A stretch of DNA of 64,000 nt from Diadema antillarum. Taxonomy: Eukaryota. Under the pieces are notes generated by a model that did no database searches, was not told the origin of the DNA, and saw only the letters and a program-made list of their open reading frames with translations. Where the stretch lies: positions 62,001 through 126,000 of the forward strand of contig NW_027271416.1 of assembly GCF_040938485.1 (NCBI RefSeq), written 5' to 3'. Position 1 is the first letter of the stretch. Every line of letters starts with the position of its first letter. Of this stretch, positions 12,077 to 25,155 are shown in pieces. The position numbers and the translations under genes were made by a program.

Positions 12077-13333
12077 TTATCATCATGTATCATCATGCCT
12101 TTATACATCATGTATATAGCGTGTTGTACAGGACTGTACAAGGATGCCTAAAAATATGAAAGCTTTATACAACGCCAACATTACCTGACGTGCTATATTC
12201 TGATGACTACAAATAAAATATTTTGTGTAATAAGAGCTTGATAACATGACCGAAACATCCTCAAAGATATATACTTTTGAAGACATTCACAAATTTTAGC
12301 TATTAACAGCTCAATCAATGGGCGAAACTAGTCTTACAGTCGGCATGACTTTCATACATTTATTCATTTATTTTCCCATCTCCAACAAAACTTGCAAATA
12401 CCTTTTTTTTTCACAGAAGATATAAGTACATATATACATCAACATTACAAAATATGATAAAGGAAATTTATGGACATACAATTGATAGGGTGATAAAGAA
12501 AAGCGCAAAAACATGAAGTTTAGAAAATGCAGGAGATGGGGAGGAATGCTGAAGAAGCAATGCTTATAGGGTGTATCCTCCTATTGGTTATACAATGATT
12601 ATAAATCAAATACATATATTCTATCAAATATACTTGGATGTTATGTTATACGAATAATTATCAAGGAATTTCAGTTAACTTCAAATTTCTAAGTATGGGT
12701 TACGATATACTGCTTCTTGATCATTCCATATGAAACTAAATGCTTCACCTCAAGCTCTTCCGTTACAACAAGTGACGTCAGTAATTCAATACGTCACAAA
12801 AGGGGGATGATCTAATGCAGACTTCGGGCAGCAAGAAACACCATCAGATAAAAAAATAATAATAATGTGGATAAAATAGAAAATGAAAATGAGAGAGAGG
12901 GATCTATTGAAAAGGGAGAAAGAAAGATGAGACACAAAGTCATTTTGTTTGTAGCGTCACCTGTTCGTTCATTTATCCCAAATCTGAAAGAATTCTCTAA
13001 ATATCTTTCTTCTACTCAAGCATAATGGCTTCTGGCACAAAACAACAATCATACATCTCACATCTCTAGAGGTAATAGCAACTGCGTATGAATAATGGTG
13101 ACAGTTCCTTGGCTGATAACCACAGCGTGTTTCCATCCATTAAATGTTTGGATACAACATGAATATGTAACTCTCTAATAGCTGAAGCGGAAAATTACTG
13201 TTTATCCTCATATCTTAGTCCTATGGGATGTGAATTACAAAATGATACGTCAGTTATAATCTCACCCAAGAGCAGATTGACACATGAATACAAACAGAGC
13301 AAAATAATCAGATTCAACAACAAATGAATTGTT

Positions 13334-13505
13334 CAGGGGGTGTTTCATCAATTTAGTCAGCGCTGACATGTTGTCAGTCACTGACAATTTCAGCAAAATC
13401 CTTGGTTTTGATTGGCTAAGATGCTCTGGTCACTGACTGTTACTATGGTTATTGTCAGAGACTGACAACTTGTCAGCGCTGACTATCTTGATGAAACACC
13501 CCCTG
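13334..13505. mobile_element. ~170-bp palindromic MITE
   Basis: TIR CAGGGGGTGTTTCATCA / TGATGAAACACCCCCTG. Absent at paralogous sites ~23485, ~39770 and ~50465. TSD ambiguous (CAG/CTG). Confidence 0.8.
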
Positions 13506-15775
13506 TTTGTCTCCTATTCGATCAAACAGAGGTAATGCATGTCAAAAACAAACTGAGCATCTAGATTATTTTATCATGTTTATTTAGCCTGCATGGAAAC
13601 GCGTACCAGACTTGACCTTTCTTGTAACTTGTGTTGAGAAGAGGTAAATGCAGAAACAAATTGGCGAATGTAACAAAAGATCAAAAGAAATGTGCGTTTG
13701 GACATATTCATTTTTATGGCCCTGCCCTGATGAGTTTTCTCGGTTTCAATTTTTAACCCCTCGAGCCTGATGCCAATTTATTCATTTCTCTTCACTATTA
13801 CAGTTCACCTGAAGATCATTATCAATTTTAAGGGTTTACATGACACTGAGGTTTTTGTAGCAAGAAGCCAGTTCACAGTTAGCACTAGTCTGCAATGACC
13901 TCCCCAACCACAGACTTTGAAATACGTGGAATAGTCTCAAGGAGCAGTTGACAACATCCATGCAGGAAGTGTTAATTTACCTATCAGTGCTGCATGAATG
14001 GCTTTTGTTACTGTTGCTGACAAGAATGCACATTCACCTGTAAATACCAATCTGCACCTGGTTCAGTTATAACGCAGTTGTCATGAAACCCTATGTAGGT
14101 TTTGAATACCTCAATTGCAAATCCATTTCAAGAGAAGGTCTGCAATGACCTTTAACTGCACATGCTCAGATTGGAATTGTGAACTGGCTTATTCATCAAA
14201 TGATCACTTTCTTTTTTCTTTTGGCTGCATTGCATTTCTGTATAATGTCAGGTATAAGTGGAGCTACAAAACATTCGTGACTTGTTTGTGACTTGATGGT
14301 CAGACGTCTTTAGATGTCTCTGAGGTTTTGTTGTGATGGGGGATTTGGAAGGGGGATGAGGTAGGGTAGTAAGGGGGAGAATGGACGGGGATAAGGGTGG
14401 TCTGGGCGGTTTTTGTTTGCTTGCCTTTTAGGAATAAACTTCAATCAATGGATATTGATATTTAAAGTTGGTTAAAAATTAATGAATGTTGAAAAGATAG
14501 TTTTTGGGTTAGTGATTTAGACAATAAAATTTGTAATATAATGAAGGAATAGAATAAAAAAGAGAATGTGGGGTTAGTAGTGAAAAAATAGTAAAAAAAA
14601 AGGTATGTATATGGATTGTGAAAAAATGCATTACAGTGTAAAGATTATGAAATTGATGTTAAGACTTGGCATACATCTGTTTATGTTATTTTGTTTCCAT
14701 CGATGAAAATGTTTACGAAATTGATATAAAGATTTTTGTATGAATTTGTTTGTACATTTTGTTTCCCTTTGATGAAGAATAAAATATTCTTTAAAACATA
14801 AAAAGTTAACGCATACAATCAATATTGTTTCATTCGAAGGCACGAAAATCAGTACTGAATGGTTTTACCCAAGCATACACTCATTAACGTTAGATGGATG
14901 TTTGACTTGGAATGATAAGGGACTATAGATGAATTGAAGGGCATTAGATTTAGCGAGATGGAAAGAGCCCATATATAAGACAGTCTGTACTAGGGAAGTA
15001 ATGTTGGAGATTTGCAGTGTGCACGCGTAATTCGCCCGAAAGAGAGCGCTCTTCAGATAGTTGGTGAACGGCACTCGTGACCAGGTCTTGTCGTGTCATC
15101 GCTGTGAATACCCCATTTCATTCCTTTATTCGCATTTATAAATTATTCTCACGGTATAGTAACGTTCATGCCACTTTAGACCAAAAAGAAAAGTACCAAA
15201 GCCAGAATACTTTGATAGATAAACATATTAGAACTGACAAAATCCATGATTCATGGGTCATAAGTTTGGCACAGTCAAGCAATTTATAAAATGAGTTTTA
15301 TACATGGAAAATTATAAACATACACTACAAGTAAGTTTTGATACCCATCATGCCCATTCATAGACCTGCGCTGCAGGGGTTGTGTACCTGCGTCATTGCA
15401 ATAATCCCCAAACCACTTTGGTACATGCAGTAAATACTAGCTTTTTACTGATTCGACCTGAAAGGCATTTCCTCTAAATAATGTTGTATCATTTAGAGCA
15501 CTCAATGTCGCAAAACAAATGTTGTAACTTGCCCTAATTTACCTTTGAAATGGTCAATCATCCATAAATTACTTTAACTTTTCGACATGGTTAAGGTCAT
15601 TACAAGTGTATGAATATTCATGCGAGTAGACGCGGCACATGCATGTGCAGTCCATTATCACACATGCAAACTTGATTTTCATTACGATATTCTACTCATC
15701 ACTGAGAGTATCCCACCAACGAATCCATTCTTCTAACATGCTACTGCATGACAAACTTGTCTATCACATTTCATA

Positions 15776-17626
15776 TTATATCACATCAAATAGGTAAAGT
15801 CTATCAGGAGTGCAGAAAGCTATCTCACCACTCTCAAACACCTGTAGATAGTACCAATTTCTGTTCTCTGGTTTTTGTATTTTGAAATCAGTGATGAGAT
15901 TGTGCATGTGCTCCAAATCTCTCGTGTAGCGATCGATACTGACAAGACCTTCCTCGTGCTTCACCCAGGCTACAATGACCAAATCATCACGACAAACAGC
16001 TGGGTAGGCATACACACCCTTTTCCTTCTTAACGACATTCTCCTTCTTCCCCTTACCATCTAGGCAGACGACAGTTGATTCATCTTCCAGAATCAGTTTC
16101 CCCCTGGTGTGAAAGGAGAATAATTGCTGGGGTGTATATCCATCACACATTATTTCCCTGACTGCCTTACCACCATGTGGGGTAAATACCTGGATCTTTT
16201 GAGGTTTCCTATAACTCATGTAGATATTATCATCTCTATCCAAAGTGAGACCACCCAACTTTTCCTCATCGAAACTCATCATCTTGAACGTGACGTCGAG
16301 CTTCTCCCTCTGTGGAGTGTATAGTGACATCGTGTTGTATGTATCACATACAACACTTCGACCATCAGACAGGAATCCAATACCAAGGATACCGACATCC
16401 TTCAGCACGGTCTGCTGTAACTCGCCATCAGGGGAGTAGAGATGGATTCCACCTTCCCACGATCCCACCGCCATCTTACCGTCTGGTGCACGAGTCATAC
16501 AGACCATGCTGTCTGTGATAGGGAGTTCTACGTCTACTTTGACATCCCACGTGTAACCTTCCAGCTCGCCAAGATAAAGTTCATTGACCTTCATGTATCT
16601 ACAGAATGAAATATTCTGAGCTCGTTCTGCCACACCTCTCGGTGATTGGTCGTCAGGATCATTTTGTCCCAAAAAGCTCTTCAAGTCCTCGCACAGCGTG
16701 TCGTGTGCAAACAAGGCGTCTTTTTTTAGCGGTACCTTCATACCGTTAGTTACCAGCTCTTCTACAGTTTTCATTTTATGAATTGTTTGGTGACCCTCTT
16801 CCTTCATGATTTGTAATTCCTTCTCGAATTTTTCAGACAATCGTTTCACTTGACATTTCAGCGCCTCTCTTCTGTCTGACAATAGTTGCATGTATTCCTC
16901 GTACGTCTCGTCAATGTCACCATTGAGTCTTCTCATCATGTTTTTTATTTCATTTCTTTGTGTCTCTATGAAATCGATATGATTTTCAATGGTTGTTTTC
17001 TTTGATTTTGCCCTTCCTTGTAATTCCTTGATATTTTTCATCAATTTCTCCTCATGGATAGCTGCCTCTTCGATCTGATGCCCTGCTTGTAAATGTCTTA
17101 ACATCCCGCACTTACAGCAGACGTACTCCCGACATCCGGTACAGAAACATTCCTCATCATCGTTAGGATGTTTTTTACACTTCCGTCGCCTTTTAAGCGG
17201 AACTTTTCCTGAGAGCACCTCGCTCATGGCCACCACTACGTGGTTGGAGAACCTTTTCCACACAGAATGGTCTTTCTCACAGGATACACACATGTTTTCC
17301 CCGCAGTCCTGACAGTAGGACACAGCTTGCGGCTTTTCGTCCATCTCACAAACTGAGCACGTTGGGCTCTTGGCTTTCACTTCGTCCACGAGAGAACTCA
17401 GGGGTACGTTTGTTTGTAACTTACTCACATCTCCACTGGGTACGGGCGTTTCTTTCCTGCATACAGGACATGCTATAGTTTGTTGGTTTGGCTGAGTTTG
17501 AGAGATACGTTCCAAACAGTTTTTGCAGAAGGTGTGAGAACATGCCAGTGATTTAGGTTGGTGGAATAGCGTCAGACAGATAGGACACTCCAGATTCTGG
17601 CTGCTGATTTGATGAAACGTTGCCAT
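15776..17626 (-). CDS. TRIM E3 ubiquitin ligase, RING-Bbox1-Bbox2-coiled coil-NHL-like beta-propeller (TRIM-NHL/TRIM56-like architecture), copy 2, 616 aa, single coding exon
   Basis: C3HC4 RING CPIC..CSHTFCKNC..CPVC; B-box CSVC..CQDC..MCVSCEKDH; B-box CKKH..CFCTGC..VCCKC..H. Heptad-rich middle and repeats such as PDGKMAVG and GGLTLDRDDNIYMS. Candidate acceptor CAG at 17641-17640, 13 nt before ATG. Confidence 0.93.
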   Translation of the reverse strand: MATFHQISSQNLECPICLTLFHQPKSLACSHTFCKNCLERISQTQPNQQTIACPVCRKETPVPSGDVSKLQTNVPLSSLVDEVKAKSPTCSVCEMDEKPQAVSYCQDCGENMCVSCEKDHSVWKRFSNHVVVAMSEVLSGKVPLKRRRKCKKHPNDDEECFCTGCREYVCCKCGMLRHLQAGHQIEEAAIHEEKLMKNIKELQGRAKSKKTTIENHIDFIETQRNEIKNMMRRLNGDIDETYEEYMQLLSDRREALKCQVKRLSEKFEKELQIMKEEGHQTIHKMKTVEELVTNGMKVPLKKDALFAHDTLCEDLKSFLGQNDPDDQSPRGVAERAQNISFCRYMKVNELYLGELEGYTWDVKVDVELPITDSMVCMTRAPDGKMAVGSWEGGIHLYSPDGELQQTVLKDVGILGIGFLSDGRSVVCDTYNTMSLYTPQREKLDVTFKMMSFDEEKLGGLTLDRDDNIYMSYRKPQKIQVFTPHGGKAVREIMCDGYTPQQLFSFHTRGKLILEDESTVVCLDGKGKKENVVKKEKGVYAYPAVCRDDLVIVAWVKHEEGLVSIDRYTRDLEHMHNLITDFKIQKPENRNWYYLQVFESGEIAFCTPDRLYLFDVI

Positions 17627-19712
17627 GGTGGCTGTCTATCTGTATGATAGCAAAAGAATGAAACGCATTGACGAGTAGTCCTATAAGCAGAAATGTGATA
17701 TTAGCATTTACCATAAAAAAGGAGAAAGTTGACAGTGCATGGTGTTAAAATGTTTGTAATCTTAAAATCGGACGAAGTCACGAAGCACAATTTAATAGAC
17801 GTGTGTGAATAATGTTTATCATTCATGTACTGTGTATGCTTTATATCCGAACCTAATAAAACTGATTCAATGGTGGTTCGTTTGAATTTTAGATCACGTG
17901 AACTATAGTAATTTGTTGTCCAGTGAGCCTGGCATTGGATGGAGCAACTTAGAATGAACTCAGATATTACTTGTTAATTCTTTAAAGGAGTATAATATTG
18001 TATTAGTCAAACAACAAAGAGTTGCATTGCGCTACACTAACAAAAATATGGCGTGGTGATTCGCGAAGTTTATGGAGGAATGACTCTTTTAATCTTGGCC
18101 CTGTATATTTATTGAAATATTGAAATATCCTCAGCGATTTTGTAGACAAAAAGGTCGTCATATTGAAGGTGAATAGCAATGAAAATGTGAGCGAAATGAG
18201 AGAAATTATTGTTAAAAAACGTAGTTCCTTTTGGCTGTTTGTATGTCATACAGCAGGGAGTCGTATTGTACAAAATATCCATATTTTTGAGAGATAGTAT
18301 CATTTTTTTTTTCATTTTCATAAAGATACTGGTTTCATTTGTTATGGTAGATGGCAGTATAAATGACAGGGGCGAATCTCACCGGTTCCATTTTCCGACA
18401 TGTTTGCTAAAATGTAGATCAGCAGTTGCGATCTTACAAATACATTTGCACAGAGTGAGACAATCTATAAAAAATCACAACACATCTTCACCCCTCTGCT
18501 CTAATAATCTCTTGCATTCATTTAATCCCATCTTTAGTTGACCATTCACTGATGGGATGGCTTCATTATCGACGCTTAGGATATATTACCCTGCCATTGT
18601 ATATTAGAATACTTATCTCAACACTGCTCAAGTATGGATGGCACTCCCAAGAAAAACAAAAACAAAAACAACAAGTAAATACAAATTAATCAAACAATTA
18701 ACAAAAAATAGAAAGAATATAGTGAAAAAAGAATCTGGCAGTTAAGCTTTTTCTTCAAACATCTCTCCTTGCTTTAAACGTCTATTAATTCTTTGTTAAA
18801 TAGAAGAATCATATCATTTGAGGAGGAAGTAACTGTGTCCCAAAAGAAAGAGAACAAGGAGTGAAGAGGAGAAGGACATTGCCATAAAATTTGACGGATA
18901 TAAACATCCTGAGGTGTTGTAACTCGATTAACATCAACATCTTTAATTACTCATTAATCAACCATAATTTACACGCTAGTATAACTGTTGCCATGTAGTC
19001 TACAAAGTAATACCAGCTCTGCCGACGTTCCTAAAATGTTGTTGTCATGTTAACATCTTTAGGGGACTCAAATGCATCGAAATGCACCTGAGGGAAAGAA
19101 ATATGTCAAACTTTATCATTTCATGAAGCAATTAGCTCCACATTCACAACAAACGCTCTTCGAGTACTTTTGTCCCTTGCCCGTAGACACTAACCGAGTT
19201 CATAAGATTCTGTGACCATTAATAGCCACCTCTCTCTCTTGTGTTTCAGTTGTTTAAGTCATATGGAAAGGAATTAGTGATTGAGCAGGCCACTGATGAT
19301 AATGGAAAAGGGAAGCCCTTAATATGTTTCACTTGTATCAAATTCCACTCATGTCTCTTATTCCCCAAACTATCTATTTACATTTATTTGTGATAAAGTC
19401 CTCAGAGGCTGATTTATTTCCAGCGGAGATAACGAGTAATGTCCTTTTTGAAACAGCATTACTTTATACTCATAACAGGCTATGCCAGTTGTTCTGCTTG
19501 GAGTACTATTATCTATACAAACTATAACATAGGTTGTGGGGTTAATCATGTTGAACAGAAGCAGCAAAGTCATAACAGAAATGTTGACTTAACAAACGAG
19601 GCAGAATCTGTTCCAAGCTTATTTGTTAAACATACATTTTTTTTGGGTGAAATTACGTGTCGCAGGTACAAGTATAACATGCATGTGTTAGTATCGTTTT
19701 GCATGCACGCTT

Positions 19713-19734
19713 ACCAAGTTTCCTGTACTTCCGG
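19713..19734 (-). promoter_or_regulatory. Predicted TRIM leader-exon donor plus ETS site (unit 2)
   Basis: TTG|GTAAGC with GT at 19714-19713; CCGGAAGT at 19727-19734. Confidence 0.55.
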
Positions 19735-20374
19735 GTTCAATATTTCTGAATTACGTCTGGCTCAGAAGTACTTTTAGGCATGGAATTACAACCTGTTGTC
19801 TATTCAGCACGAGGAAAGGTGTGATCACGAATTAGATTGAATGTTACTTGAAAGACCTAAAACAAAATGCGAAGAGTTAGGTGTTTTTTTAAGAGATATT
19901 GCGGAGCGCTGTCAAAATGGTCGGGCGGTTCACGGGAATGACTATCAACGGTTGACTATATTTACCGTGACCTTTATACTGCGAGCCTCTATTTATAGAA
20001 ACAGGTTTTCCCCACATTTCAATTCTCAAACACTATGCATCTATCTGAAAATCACAGCTCATAACGGAATTTATCCTTGTCCAGGGACCTGTTCACGCGA
20101 CATTGAGCTGAGATGAGGTGTTTTGTTTTTTTAAACAGTAAGATATTAACAAAGTCGTCATGTTAAAGCATTACTTCGAAGAGAATCTGAGTAAAATAAG
20201 ACAATTTGATTATTTAGAAAATTCTGTCATTTATCCTTCTGTTGTAATATTTTGAGATCTGAGGGAAAAAACCCCTTGATCAAAGAGCTAAGATGTTCTG
20301 CTGATGTAGAAAGACTTTGAAGTTCAGATCCTATGGAGGTTTTTTTCTTCTTTTGTTCTCGCTATTTTTTATAC

Positions 20375-20579
20375 TTGTAATCTGTCTTCACCGAGACCTA
20401 GAGTAGCAGCCGTTTTCTTTTTGGAAACGGTGTCAGGATATCTGTCGGCGTCGAATTCAGCCTTCAGTCTCTCAAGCTACCATTCGGTGAATCTGGTTGG
20501 ACGTCGACGATGAAGGCCTTCGGTAGGAACGGACACCGAGTCTTGAAGGAAAAGCGATAGTGCATGGAAAATCAGCCAT
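20375..20579 (-). pseudogene. pmar1-like homeobox exon-1 remnant D
   Basis: ATG at 20579, a 4-nt insertion near the start, TAG at 20477-20479 replacing Gln33. Remainder ..RRRPTRFTEW*LERLKAEFDADRYPD..LGLGEDRLQ; donor GTATAA. Confidence 0.88.
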
Positions 20580-21563
20580 GCCGGAGTTGGATTGGTTTTG
20601 CAAAGATTCCGGTTTGTGCAAAGATATGATTTAACTTCGGAACAATGGATTATTCCTCTCTGAAAGGTCGATTATTCCAGAGTTGACTAAAACCCAGGGA
20701 AACTATATATTTCGGAATGATCATCGCGTTAATGCAAAATGTGGATGAACTAAGCTCTAACGGCAATACAATATGTAATATTTCAAAATTTTGATGAGGT
20801 GTTGATATGAGACACGTAAACCTCCACTGACTTTCCTTTGGCTATTATACATGAATTGATTGGTTTTTGCAACGAAAGAATTCTCTAATGTCAGTCAGCT
20901 AAACTTATTCCAGAGGTGCAATCAAACTTAATAAACTTATTGCTTTTCTATTCGATTTATTGTACAGCAAAAACATTAACAAAAAGTCCATAGTATCAAT
21001 GTACCAACTAATGGGAAATTTGTAATATTCTGACATCACCTCATCTAATTTGAATTCAACGTATGATCTATATCTCGGTTTCGAAAAAAGAGAAACTTTG
21101 AAATGACTTTTTTTTAAATGTCAGAGTAAGAGACTCTTGCTGTAAAATATGTCAAACAGGTTTTTTTTTTCACTATCGATTTGGTGTGAAGGAAAACGAA
21201 GACGTTGTTTCTACCTTTCTTCTTTATGCAAGTGGGATTGTGTGTCATCAATATCGTTTGGCAGTTTTGTCTTCTTGTTCATTTTAATAAAGTAACTTAT
21301 TTCCACCATGTGTAGGCCCTATATGTATCATAAATTATATTTTTTCTTCGTTATATTTTCAACTTCCCCTTACATCATTCCATTGTTGCCTCACAAGTTC
21401 ATCAAAAATTTCAGCCCATCTCCCCAAGAAATTTTCAGTGAAGATTACTAAATTCACTCATAATTTCACTCAAGCATCAGCACAAACACACCTATACAAA
21501 CATTAACCCTTAGCATACACGGGAACGCGCTTTTACACATGAATACACACACCAATACACACA

Positions 21564-21622
<59 letters not shown>

Positions 21623-24089
21623 ACACACTTTCACACACACACGGAGACATGGACACAAAGTTCTCAAAACGTAAAGTGATTTAATGAACTTTTGCCAAGA
21701 CACATCAAAGACAAACACCGGAAAGTAGAAAATTGTCAAATGATTGAAGCATACAACAGCAACAAACATACAAATTGTTATTCGGGTACAAATCTATGCT
21801 TATTATCATTTGATTAAAGTTACATCGGGTGAAATGCTGAACCCTCGACTGTTTCATTTCTTGTATAGATGGGAGGGGAGAGAGATACGCTGTACCGAGA
21901 GTACAAACATGTGACAAAGGAGGAGATTACAAAACGGTATACATGAGTCTTACATGTAAAGCGGTAAATGGATGATCACATTTCTCAATGTTACAATGAG
22001 GATGAATCAACTATAACGAAACACTGAAATTTCGGTTATAAACTAACTGTATAGAAGAATGTAAATGCACTGTATATATATATGAATGTAAATCGTGTCA
22101 GCATTCATGCACAGACGTCTAACTATATAATAGTGTGATGTTCTTGTCATGTACCAGCGTAAAGCGTGCTGTACAGGACTGTACAAGAATGCCAGTTATG
22201 ATAGAGAATATGAATTCTTTACTATGCCAAAATAAATTAACATGCAATGTTCTAATGACTATATGATATTTTGTGTAATAATAGTTGGTTAACATGACCG
22301 GAACATCCTCGAAGATACATACTTTTGAAGACATACAATTTTTTTAGCTATAACAGCTCAATTACTCGGCGAAATATTACAGGCTCACAGTGCTACCATG
22401 CCGACTTTCATTCATTCATTCATTCATTTTTCCATCTGCAACAAAATCTTGTAAATATGATTTTTTTTTCACAGAAGATAAGTACGTATATGCCAACATT
22501 ACAAAATATGATAAATGAAATTTATGGTAACACAATTGATAGGGTGAAAAAGAAAAGGATTAAAATATTCTGAAGTTTAGAAAATACAGACAATGGGGAG
22601 GAATGCTGAAGAAGCAATTCTTGTAGGGTGCACCCCCCCCAAAAAAAAAAAAGAACCACAAAACATATTAAAACAATTATACATACATCTTGGTTACATT
22701 CAACGATTATCAATCAAACTTGGTTACGCAATGATTATTAATCAAACCTGGTTATACAATGATTATCAATCAAATATATTTTGATGCTATGCTACGAATG
22801 ACTATCAAGGTATTACAGGTAACTTCAAATTTCTAAGTATGGGTTTTGATATACTGCTTCTCGATCATTCCATTTGAAACTAAATGCATCACCTCAAACT
22901 CATCCGTTACAACAAGTGACGTCAGTAATTCAATACGTCACAAAAGGGGAATGATCTAATGCAGACATCGTACAACAAGAAACATCTTCAGAAAGAAAAT
23001 AATGTGGATGAAATAGAAAATGAAGATGAGAGAGAAGGATCGATCGAAAAGGGAAAAAGAAAGATGAGACACAAAGTCATTTTGTTTGTGGCGTCACCTG
23101 TTCGAATATGTATCCCAAATGTGAAATAATTTTCTAAATCACTCTCTTCTACCCAAGCATAATGGCTTCTGGCACAAAACAACAATCATACATCTCACAT
23201 CTCTAGCTATAATAACAACTGTATATGTAGAATAATGGTGGCAGTTCCCTGGCTGATAACCACAGCGTGTTTCCACGCATTAAATGTTCGGATACCACAT
23301 TAATATATTACTCTCTTAAAGCTGAAGCAGAACATCACTCTTCACCCTCATACCTTAGTCCTATGGGATGTGAATTATAAAACAATGACTCAGTTATAAT
23401 CTCACCCAATACATTTATTTATTGAGAAGACTTTACCCATAAATACGAACAGAACAAAATAATCGGACTCAACTACAAAATGAATTGTCCCGTTTGTCTC
23501 CTATTCGATCAAAACCGAGGTAATGTATGTCAACAGCAAATCTAGCAACTAGATATTTCATTTAGTCTGCATGGCAGCGTGTAACAGTGACTTTAAATAT
23601 TCTTATAACTTGTGTTGAAAAGAGATAAATGCAGGAACAAATTGGCTAATGTAACAAAAAAATAAAAAGAAATGTGCCTTTGGTCATACATGTATTCATT
23701 TTCACGGGTCTGCCCAGCTAACATAGCTAAGTTTTCTTCGTTCCATTGTTGCCAGCGACCCCTTGAATCTGATACCAAGTTATTCATCTCTCTTCACTAT
23801 CACAGATTTAGCTCAAAATCATATCAATTTTAAAGGGTTACATTAAAGGTTTACATGACATTGAGTGTTTTGTACTAATTCATTAAACGAGTATTGTTTA
23901 TTTTTTCTTTCGCTGCATTGCATTTCAGTATAATGTCAGGTATAGCTAGTGGAGATGCAAAACCTAACACTGTGACTTGTTTGTGACTTATCAATGATAG
24001 TCAGACGTCTGATACTCAAAATGGGGTAATTACCGTGATGGGACTCACAGTTATATGAGCTAGTAATAATAATAGGTTGTAATAATAAA

Positions 24090-24520
24090 AACACACTTCA
24101 TTGCACTTAATGCACTTAATTCACTGCTCTTTATTTCACTTTAATTCACTGTCCTTTTCCCCACTGATGTCCCCTTGCGGACGCCACAAAGTTATAGCAC
24201 AAATTATTTCAATGGGAAATTGGCCATTTTGTATAAATGTATTACCATGTTTCTTATTTCCCTTTTGGGATTCTGCCATCGCTATCAAGCACGTGCTTAA
24301 AGACGGCAGGCTCCTGCATTTTTATTTATTTCTTCCTCTTTATTCGGAAACAAGTGTATCGTCGATTCCTTTGATCTCATTGTTATGATTATACTTTAAA
24401 GATTTTAATTATGATACTTTGGATGTAATATTGTATTTTCCTATTCTGTTGTCAGATACACGTGTTGTCATTTTTCATGATTTCCTTGAATAAAATGATT
24501 TGATTTGATTTGATTTGATT
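24090..24520 (+). mobile_element. Possible 5'-truncated LINE 3' end with (TTTGA)n tail, in sequence that replaced the 3' end of TRIM copy 3
   Basis: AATAAA directly followed by (TGATT)n at ~24488-24520; region not shared with other units. Confidence 0.35.
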
Positions 24521-25155
24521 TATTCTGCTTAATTCCGTTACATGAGATATGATTATGTACACGTCATTTATGACAAACAGTATATCGACACACAATTTTT
24601 AGTATAATTATACAAGACAAATACAAACAGCTTAGGGAACTTAAACAGAAGGGTCTCCAAAATAAGCCAAGGCTTGACGGTATGGAGACTCTATGCTTAG
24701 CTACTCTGGATAGAATAGGGGATAGATAGAGAGAGAAAGAGAGAGAGAGGGAAGAGTAAGGGGAAAACGGAAAAGGGAGAAAAGGGAAAATTACAGAGTG
24801 TATATGTACCACTCCAACTACTTTACAATAATAGTAATGGTAATAAATATAATATAACAATGATATTCAAGTTAACACGTTCAGTTGCCTTTGCTGGAGT
24901 AATGACCGAATATAAACTAAGAAAATAGTGATGTGTGAATACAAAGTATTCTATTATACATAAGGTTATCTGGCATGAAATAAAATATATCGTGCTTATT
25001 TTATGTGCGCAGTAATGTTAAGGCACATCGTATACATACATATACATGCTCATTATTAAACATGATGTACATATCATAATACATACACATACATACCCAT
25101 ATTCATAATATATATATATATGGATAGATAAACAAATCGATATATGTATGCACAC

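Noticed and set aside
20000-20052. Resemblance of GTGATTTTCAGATAGATG to the start of homeobox exon 2 (GTCTGGTTTCAGAATCGACG)
   Set aside because: The match is too short and no downstream exon-2 motif (MSVDFLS) could be aligned; kept only as a candidate acceptor.
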